From positions 1,612,001-1,676,000 of the forward strand of contig OU015568.1 of the NCBI GenBank assembly GCA_907165135.1: a stretch of 64,000 nucleotides of DNA. Direction: 5' to 3'. Made by a program: the position numbers and the translations under genes. The notes under the pieces are model-generated. The model was given only the letters and a program-made list of their open reading frames with translations. It did no database searches and was not told the DNA's origin. Positions 61,597-64,000 of this stretch are shown in pieces. Position 1 is the first letter of the stretch. Each line of letters begins with the position of its first letter. The stretch is from Oikopleura dioica (taxonomy: Eukaryota; Animalia; Chordata).

Positions 61597-62430
61597 TCAA
61601 AGTCCGCAAGCTTCTGTTCCGCAAGTTCCAGAGCCCTCGCCATCTTCGACTGTTTCGTCGATTTTCAAGGCGTCGAGGATTTTCTGCGGCTCGCAATGGT
61701 CCCCTGCTGATTTTTGCTTGAACTCCATGAGCACGTTTTTTCCTTCTTTGTCGACGATGATGACTCCTCCTGTAGCGAGCTTGTCTCCAGCGAAGTTTCC
61801 GGTGATGCCTTGAGCTTCGGCTTTTGCGTTCATTTCTTTTACTTGTTTGTCAAAGAAGACGCCCATAACTAGAATTTTTGTAAGTCAGATTGTAAGTCGG
61901 ATATCTTTACCATTGATAGGATTGTAGCGCTTGAAACCAATTGTCGAGTAGCACTCCTTCTTTTCGTCAATAAAAACTTCTCCTGGCCAGTAACCATTCG
62001 AAGTGAATTCTTCGTGGCCGAGGAATTCCGGAGATATCACAACGAAGTTCGCACTAGAAAAGCACAATCAGAAAATAATATTTTTCAAAGAAAATCGAGA
62101 AGCGGATTGAGGCTTTGAGAAAAGAGCTCAAAGCCGCAGTCAGAGCGGCTTTTTCCCCTGTTTGACTCGAAACCGCAAGGGGCTCCTTGACTGAACCTGA
62201 AATTACAGAAGAATACAAAAGATAAAATTGATAGACTTACACTTTCGTAACAGACTCGTAAATTCGACTGTAGTCCTTCACTTGATATCGGCAAAGCGGA
62301 CATCCGAAGCGTCGAATGAAGAAGAAAACGGTCGGTTTTTCTGAAAAAAAAAAATTTCTCTAGAATCATAAAACCTTCTTTATTTACCTCCAATAAACGA
62401 GCTCAGTTCAACCTTTTCTCTGTTCGCCAG
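61597..62430 (-). CDS. PRXL2B: Peroxiredoxin-like 2B / prostamide-PGF synthase family (start approximate)
   Basis: FFIRRFGCPLCRYQ (CxxC); IGFKRYN; AKAEAQGITGNFAGDKLATGGVIIVDKEG..FKQKSAGDH. Confidence 0.8.
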
Positions 62431-63300
62431 GCGGGTGACGCTCAATTTAAGTAAATTTTGCAAAAAGCTCATTTTTTTCTCAAAATCGTGTTTTTTGGTC
62501 GAAAAACTTGATTTCCGTCGTTTTTTATCGTTTCATTGCATCTCACTGACGTAACTTCTCGAGGTCAACAAAGGTCATACCTTCTATCGATCATTCTAGA
62601 AAGAAAAAAGTTCAAAAAAATTATTTTTTGAGACGAAAGGAGAGCACCAGAAAAGGGAAAATTCTCAAGTCTGAGGTCAAGTCTGAAAGGAGCAATTTCT
62701 TGGCCTCAGGATAGAGCCAATCAGTGAGCGCTGAAACAGAGTCGGAGGGAAAATTAAAAACGCGAAAAAGGAAGTTTTGGAGAAAATGACTTACAATTCC
62801 GGAAAAGGAAGAAAGAGCAGAATTCCGAGGAAAAGACCAGCACAGTTTGGGAAAAGGGTTAATTTTAAAGAAACAATTATCTTTTATCATTTAGAACTAG
62901 AGCACTAGAAATTGGTTTATGCACTGGAATCTCCTACAGTTGATAACTTATTTAGAATCAAGGAGTCTTTTCTGATAGGTCAAAAGAAATAGAGCTATTT
63001 CGACGGATCAGAAGCCGCCCTTCTGATTTATAAATGATGCCCAAGTGTAAAAATTCATAAAGATGACTTTTGGGTTGACTTCGAACAAATTTGTTAGACC
63101 CTTCTAACAGTATTCCACAGTCAAAAGTCAGAATCCACGAAGAAAAGATCGCTGAAGGCTTCGCGGCAAGTGACTCACAATTTTGTTGTTTTAGTGACCA
63201 TGCTTCCAATGCAAATGTACGCAGTTTGCTTCTCTCCTTTCCGCATTTACTTTTCTAATATTTACCTCCTTTTCGCTGTGTTTTTGACTATTTTTTGCAG

Positions 63301-63840
63301 GGGCTGAATTTGACGCAAAATGGAAGAGTCCCAGTGAGCGTGGAGAGATTGGAGAATGATCCCTGGCTTCAAGAAGAGCAAGTCCAGCCTGTTTTGAAAT
63401 ACAGCTCAGAACTAGAGGTAAGATGATCAGAAAATAATAAGGGCGGCTTCTCAATTGCTCAGAGAAGAATATAATATGAAGTCAGTTTGTTCTTGGGTAA
63501 CTCCTGATCGTTTATTGTTCAGGGTATCCTTCGCGAAAATCGCCAACGAATGCGCCACATCATCTCGCGAATTCCCCGCCCAAAAGTCGAAGTCCCTCCA
63601 AGTAATAAACTCTCAAGCCGACAATGCACCACCCTCGCAGTCTGGCAACCTCCACCTATCATTCCTCAAATGCCTGCGCCTGAATCACTTCTTCAAATCA
63701 GCACTCAAGAATCTTCGAATTATCAGACCAACAATTTTTCGTCAAGAGAAAGCAGCCCAGAAGCCTCATTTGAAGATCTTCACTTTGAAATCACCGAACG
63801 AGGGGACAATTTCTCCCCAGAAAGAATGGATACTGACTAA
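63301..63840 (+). CDS. 3' exons of an uncharacterised gene with a Ser/Pro/Glu-rich tail
   Basis: TTTGCAG|GLNLTQ..SSELE|GTAAGA..TTCAG|GILRENRQRMRHII..RMDTD* joins in phase 0. Confidence 0.35.
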
Positions 63841-64000
63841 ATATCTTTCAAAATGACTTTCCAAATCAAAAATGCGACTTTCTTCGTACCAAAATTCTGG
63901 TTTAACCATTAATCAACTAAATCTCCCTCCTTTTAGATAAAAAAATGACGAATGATATAACTGAAGACGTCCAAATCCAAGCCCTTCGATTCTACGACAA

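Overview
Eukaryotic genomic DNA from a very compact, gene-dense animal genome. It has many introns of about 40-55 nt, some non-canonical donors, and ATGs directly after TTTCAG-like acceptors. With a g-type lysozyme and an S100-like gene, this fits the appendicularian tunicate Oikopleura (inference; no search was run). There is no CRISPR or prokaryotic content. Recognisable genes: two C-type lectin genes, ACAD10, SNX5/6, a TSP1/EGF protein, two glutaredoxins in a tandem duplication, a Cys-rich/kelch-like secreted protein, KDSR, a white-like ABCG, AADAT, lysozyme g, S100-like, a CUB protein with an in-frame TGA, a GT31 glycosyltransferase, a small RING protein and a PRXL2B-NAA20-CINP-like cluster. 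There are two tRNAs (Glu-TTC, Gln-CTG), each antisense in an intron. At least six non-autonomous DNA transposons have visible TIRs and TSDs. The most unusual observations: a spliced amidated-peptide precursor missing from the ORF track, a tandem pair of peptide-precursor-like genes, a myristoylated DeSI/PPPDE-like protein lacking both catalytic residues, palindrome-bounded ~93-bp cassettes flanking an orphan ORF, a MULE-like element in an apparent exon that could be spliced out in frame, and a duplicated terminal exon. All exon structures were assembled by eye; some 5' ends are approximate.
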